A DNA stretch of 64,000 nt from Tricharina praecox (taxonomy: Eukaryota). The DNA lies in assembly GCF_024521635.1 (NCBI RefSeq), contig NW_026250405.1:744001-808000 (forward strand), written 5' to 3'. The notes under the pieces were generated by a model. It was given only the letters and a program-made list of their open reading frames with translations, made no database searches and was not told the DNA's origin. Position numbers and translations under genes: made by a program. Each line of letters begins with the position of its first letter. Position 1 is the first letter of the stretch. Below, piece by piece: positions 58,579-64,000 of the stretch.

Positions 58579-60174
58579 ATGGAAACCGCCGCAGCTGTCA
58601 ATGGCACCTCCGCCGGCGCCGAACCGGCCACAAAGCGACGAAAGCTCCAAGGCCGCGAATTCTACGAATCCATCGGATCACCCCGTACAGTAGTCGCGCC
58701 GATGGTAGACCAAAGCGAGCTGGTTCGTCGTCTTGCCCCCCACGCTCCCCCGCGCTACCCCACCAGCTAAAGCATCCCACCACTACAGGCCTGGCGACTC
58801 CTCTCGCGCCGGCATTCACCGCCGAACACACTCTGCTACACGCCGATGTTCCACTCCCGTCTCTTCGCTGAGAGCCCCATATACAGGCAGCAAGCGTTCC
58901 AACCGCCGAACCTGGACGGAAACGTCGCCGACCGCCCGGTGTTTGTGCAGTTCTGCTCCAATAAGCCCGAAGATATCCTTGCCGCGGCGAAGGAAGTGCA
59001 GGAGCACTGCGACGCGGTGGATTTGAACTTGGGATGTCCGCAGGGTATTGCGAGAAAGGGCCACTATGGCGCCTTCCTGCAGGAGGACTGGGGGCTCATT
59101 CACTCATTGATCAACACGCTGCACGTGAACCTGGACGTGCCCGTAACGGCCAAGATCAGAATTCTAGAAACCAAGGAGCGCAGTCTGGAGTATGCCAAAA
59201 TGGTGGTCGATGCCGGTGCGCAGGTCCTTACGGTCCATGGAAGGACGAGGGAACAGAAGGGACATAATACAGGCCTCGCGGATTGGAGCTATATCAAGTA
59301 TATCCGCGACAACCTCCCGCGCGAGGTGGTCATGTTCGCGAACGGGAATATCATGTGGCAGGAGGATGTGGAGCGGTGTCTTGCGGCCACGGGCGTAGAC
59401 GGCATCATGTCGGCCGAGGGAAACCTCTACAATCCAGCGATATTCGAGACCTCAGAAGACTGGGACAGACGATTCCCAAGAATGGACATCGTGGGCCGGG
59501 AATACCTCGACATAATCCGCCATGAGATTCTCCCTCACCTCCCACTTCAGGAGCTCCTGGCCCAGGAACCCTCGAAGCGCTCGCGAAAGAAGCTCAATGA
59601 AATATTTAAAGACTCCAATCTCACACCGATCAAGTCCCACCTCTTCAAGCTCTGGCACGCACTTCTCCCCCGCCACACCGAGGTCAGAAACATGGTCGGC
59701 CGTGCTTCAACGAGACATATGGGGCCCGGCGGCGACCCGCTGTCGGAATACGAGGAGTGTCTTAAGTGCGTCGAGCAAATCGTTCAGGACGAGCTCCAGA
59801 AGAACCCAGAAAAAGTGGATAGTGAAGGGAAATGGGTGGGTCCTGATAGGGAGATCACGGGTGACGGGGATGAGACCACCGTGGAGGGTATCCTGGTCGA
59901 GATCAACGGGAAGAAGTTCATGAGATCCGTACCCTGGTACCGATGCCAACCCCACTACCGCCCACTACCGGAGGAGGCTATGGCGGTCGGGGCGCTGAAA
60001 CTGAAGAAGGGGGAAGTGATGCCAGCTGCTGGGACCACGAGGAAGGCGGAAGATATTTCTGCGGATGATGGACCGGAGACAAAGAAGATGAAAATGGCTG
60101 CCGAAGATGGAGATCCAAAGGCTATGGAAGAGTGGGAAAATGGTCCAGGGAAGGATATGAAGGTTGCTGGGTGA
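58579..60174 (+). CDS. DUS1: tRNA-dihydrouridine synthase 1; exons 58579-58722, 58789-60174 (possible upstream in-frame ATG at 58426)
   Basis: KLQGREFYESIGSP..VAPMVDQSEL|AWRLLSR, YTPMFHSRLF, DLNLGCPQGIARKGHYGAFL, TVHGRTREQKG, FANGNI and MSAEGNLYNP. Confidence 0.93.
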
Positions 60175-60337
60175 TCTGAATGGGACATAGAGGTTATATT
60201 ATATTTGGGCGCACTGATTTGGGAGGCGTTAGATTGTATCTCTCATCATATGTACACGCGGAGAATAGATCTCATGCACGCATGACCCGCCCATTCCAGC
60301 TTGCAAACCAACGCCCATCTAGTTGCCTGATATGCCC

Positions 60338-60946
60338 CTATCTCCCATGCACCTTCTGCTTCGCACTCCTCACCAGCAACGGCGCAACAGCACTCACATC
60401 CTTCCCCCTGGACAACCCATCGGCCAACCTCATCCTCTCATGTTTACTCGAGGTCCACTCGACGCTGACTTGCAGCCCCTTGTTCCTGGCATGCCTGTGC
60501 AGCTCCCCCACCGCGCCCCCCCACCTCTCGCTCCTGTACTTCGCCCTGCCGGCTATCGCCTCCACTACCTCCACGTTGTCACAATGCACCACCGTCGGCC
60601 CCCTAATCCCGGGCAGTCCCAGCGCGTGGCGGACCGCCGCCAGCTCGCGGAAACACTGCGCCTGTGGCGGGTTCGCCGCGAAGGGTATGAAGAACGTGGC
60701 CGAAGGCCGTAGCGAGCCTAGCGGCGCGTCGGGCGGATGGTGGAATCCGCCGACGCCGTGGCTGGAGGCGTCGACGTATAGGTGCGTGGGTTGGTAGGTG
60801 GGCTGGTGGGTGGGTGGGTGCGAGCGTCCGAGAAGGAGCGTTACGCTGGCTTGGTGCAAAGAGATGGAGGGGGGAGAGGGAGTATTGGTGCGCAGCAGGG
60901 GGGCCCTCTGCGTGCAGAGCAGGCGGTAGAGGAGACTGTGAATCAT
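60338..60946 (-). CDS. Stand-alone RNase H domain of retroelement (DIRS-like) type, 202 aa
   Basis: LYVDASSHGVGG..FRELAAVRHAL..VVHCDNVEVVEAI..VSVEWTSSK..LADGLSR, with all four acidic catalytic positions (D,E,D,D). No RT or recombinase ORF is seen nearby. Confidence 0.65.
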   Translation of the reverse strand: MIHSLLYRLLCTQRAPLLRTNTPSPPSISLHQASVTLLLGRSHPPTHQPTYQPTHLYVDASSHGVGGFHHPPDAPLGSLRPSATFFIPFAANPPQAQCFRELAAVRHALGLPGIRGPTVVHCDNVEVVEAIAGRAKYRSERWGGAVGELHRHARNKGLQVSVEWTSSKHERMRLADGLSRGKDVSAVAPLLVRSAKQKVHGR

Positions 60947-61073
60947 GGTGGCTTGGTTTGTCGAGACGAAGGTGGAGAGGTGCTGCTGCGAAGGAAGTAG
61001 ACACGCTAGATGGAGGCAGTGGATTGCATGGCCGCTGGATCATCGTGGAGAACAGATGGGACGGGTCATTTCT

Positions 61074-61163
61074 TTTCCTTTCCTTTCCTTTCCTTTCCTT
61101 TCCTTTCCTTTCCTTTCCTTTCCTTTCCTTTCCTTTCCTTTCCTTTCCTTTCCTTTCCTTTCC
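61074..61163. repeat. (TTTCC)x18 microsatellite
   Basis: Directly visible perfect pentamer run. Confidence 0.95.
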
Positions 61164-62265
61164 TTTGTGCAGGAAGCGGCTGGGTCAAACGGTAGGCTTC
61201 ATTGCTATCCATTGTACTTGTTGTCCTTTCGCACGAAGGACAAAGGCTCAAGGACAAAGGCTGGGTCAAGCAAGAACTGATTGGCCGCATCGTGAATGTT
61301 CCAGGCTGTGAGTGACATAGAGTGAATGGCCTGCAGAACCGGTGTCAGGACTTGGCTCGCTGGGAATATGTCGACAATTGACTAGAGCGATCTTGAATTG
61401 AGGCACTCCGACCATTTCTGTCTTACTTTGGGCACGTTTTCCTGGAAAGAACAGATGAAATGCAACGTTTCGGGCCACGGCCGATCGGACACCCACGGGC
61501 TATCACTCGTGGTGGACTCGGATGGGGGATCGCTTCTAGATCCGAGGCGTTTTCGCAGACGAGCGGTGCAGCTGCGCCTTCTGCTGCGCTCCCGTCGAGC
61601 GACGGACGTGAGCGTCGATCCCATGGTGTTCATCGACGCTGGGTACCTTGTATGTACATATCGTCCAGCCACAGTAGGGGTGGAAATTCCTCAGGGTACG
61701 ATGGAATCCGACATAGCCTCTGAGGGACCCCCCCACTGGTTCAAGCAGAAGAACCCGAGAAGGACACCCTCATCCGTCGGTTCTCCGAAATGCCTCACGT
61801 ACACACACATTTGGTGGAATGGCAGTGGCGATCCCGTATTGTACAACACGGCACGCAGGATTGTGGAGGGCTGGCTGATTCCACGGATGTATCACGCCCT
61901 CCATACATATACATACAACCGGAGCACACATCGCATGATCGGTTTAATATCGATGTCTGGGGGATTCGACCCGCATCTACATAGCTAAATCCTAGCAAAG
62001 AAGCACCTGGTTTTTTCAAACTTCCGGCGCCTTGTAATTGAGGATACATGTAGCGGTAGTGTCTCAAAGGCTTGAGGGCTCCGACCTCGGCCCATCCCAA
62101 GTAGTCTAAGCTATGAGAATTTCCGAAGCTGTTGCTATACCTGATCTATAAGGTACCTATGCCCCTATACACATCTCGCTCGAGTCCGCACTTGAATTGC
62201 CTGTAGAGAGGTAAAGATATTCCATTTCCCACGTATCGATGAGTATAATAGTACAGGATACACGA

Positions 62266-62267
<2 letters not shown>

Positions 62268-62307
<40 letters not shown>
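62268..62307. repeat. (AC)n microsatellite
   Basis: Directly visible. Confidence 0.95.
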
Positions 62308-62309
<2 letters not shown>

Positions 62310-62384
62310 CAGGCGACCATTCGTACCAGCCAAACAGCGCACTCGCCCCATCCAGCGTCCGCCCAACAGTTCCCAATGCACTTC

Positions 62385-62962
62385 CTACGTATTCGCGCAC
62401 ATCAAGAACGCATTTCCGCTGGCGCCATAATGGGTGATGACATCTGTGGTCCTCGTCAGCAACTGGCCATGCATCCCGTCCCCTCGCGCACTCGCGCACT
62501 CGCGTTCAACCGCAGGTCCTCAGCACAGCACTCACCACAGAACTTCGCCGAGCTTCCGCTCCTGCTGCCGATAACGACGCGGTCCGCACCCGGAGATCCG
62601 CCGGTGTACAGCGAGCTCTTGAACAGCGGGAACTCGTAGTAGGGCGGGGCGCAGCCGCTGTTGAAACTGAAGCCCTCGTAGTTGTTGTACTGGTGCGGGT
62701 AGTCGTTGTCGCCCACGGTGCTGCTCGATACGAGGTGGTCGAGGGCCTCGTTGGCCGCCGCTTGCACCGCTGCTTTGGTGAATACGTAGCCTGGGCGTGT
62801 CAGTGGGAGTAGATGGAAGGGATGATGGGAGGCGGCGGGGAGGGGGATGGGGGATGTATGTAGGTATGTACCGTTGCAGTTGGCGCCAGTCACTCCCGTT
62901 ACGGCCGCCGAGGCGGTGGAGGCGAGAAGCGTAAGGACGGCGAGGGCAGTGAGGAAGTACAT
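62385..62962 (-). CDS. Secreted guanyl-specific ribonuclease (RNase T1/N1 family); exons 62962-62872, 62790-62536, 62443-62385
   Basis: Signal peptide; YPHQYNNYEGF, YYEFP, GGSPGADRVV and spliced FCD|VITHYGASGNAFLMC, with catalytic His/Glu/Arg/His present. Confidence 0.92.
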
Positions 62963-64000
62963 TGCGGCGGAGGACTGCTGGCTGGCTGGCTGGTTGGGCT
63001 GAGGAGGGGATTTGATGGGAGCTAATGGGTGTTTATATACGGCCTGCCGTGTACAGGAGCGAGCTCATCCGCTCAGCAAACGAGAGCGAGAGAGACGAGA
63101 CTGTCCCCACGGACACTCTCGCCGGTACAGTGCTCTCCCGCGATAAACAAACACCATGGTCTAGCCATTTCCATAGATATTCTATGTACTGGCTGTGGAT
63201 TGCCGCCTCATCATCGGCCAGCTCCATTAGGAAGGAAGGCTAACGGCGAGCCGTCGTCGTCGGCGGGCTCCGAGACCGCCGATCACGTATATACATAGGC
63301 GGTTCAGGGCTCCTTGGATTAAGGGTCCTCGAAACGAGCTGGGCGCCGCCAATTGGCGGCCGGCATTCCCTGGCCGCCGATCCTAATCTCAGCTAACGAC
63401 ATTCGCTCAAGGCTGGAGGAGGAGATGTCAACGCACCCATTCATGCTGTTGTTATTTCGAAGGCAGAGGGAGGGAGGAGTGTCGTCGTCGTCGTCGCGCT
63501 CTCTTCCATTCAAAACCCGCTTCCACTGATATCAACGATGCTGCATCATGCTTCTGCGGAGATACCGAATATACATACATAGAGCATGCACGGAATCCTA
63601 ATGTAAGCTCAGGAACCACCGATATGCGATGCTATGATGCTGCCCGCGTAGAATAGTGATGCGGGGGTAACTACTCTAGCTCCCTTGTTCGGCAATCCGA
63701 GTCCCGACGAGCGCACGTGTGGCGGGGAATGCCTATCGATAGGCTGATAACAGCCGCTAGGTCCCCGCCGCGCCGGAGGTTTTGCAATCGTCGTTTCTCA
63801 AAGTGCTTGAATGCTGTAAACAGCAGGTCTGGTTGCGAGGGAAGTTGCCTTGTTCGGACGGCGGGTACGGCCGACTACTAATAACTGCACGCAGTCCATC
63901 AGCATGGGGTCTCTTTTCACAATACATATGATGGAAAAAGGAAGGCCACGGTGCATCGTCCGTCGAATTGCTACGGTTCCGCTCCAGAATCCGGGACGAG

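Noticed and set aside
61398..61988. 196-aa ORF upstream of the solo RNase H, considered as an RT remnant
   Set aside because: Opposite strand, non-ATG start, and no YxDD or other RT motif seen in the listed ORFs.

Overview
Eukaryotic genomic DNA from a filamentous ascomycete: short GT-AG introns with CTAAC/CTGAC branch points. Pezizomycete affinity is only my inference. I can support about 17 protein-coding genes. These are an AbiEii-like nucleotidyltransferase-fold protein, ureidoglycolate lyase (DAL3), O-GlcNAc transferase, QRI7/Kae1-family t6A enzyme, an FAD/NAD oxidoreductase, a GPI-type surface protein, a senescence/spartin-like protein, a secreted TYVAPKK-repeat protein, a Cys-rich type I membrane protein, an F-box/ankyrin protein, ABZ2, a Ser-rich hypothetical protein, a DCAF8-like WD40 protein, an alpha/beta-hydrolase, ARL3, DUS1 and a secreted RNase T1. 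There is also a stand-alone DIRS-type RNase H ORF, three identical tRNA-Arg(ACG) genes and several microsatellites. The strongest non-obvious structure is a ~1.1-1.3 kb repeat family present three times (~630-1910 -, ~21057-22240 -, ~29028-30114 +). Each copy has shared leader and tail sequences and a differently deleted fragment of one BTB/POZ gene. One copy sits between ~130-bp diverged direct repeats, and another has a 45-nt homopolymer in place of a coding segment of almost the same length. Exon boundaries were read by eye, and family assignments come from motif recognition, not database searches.
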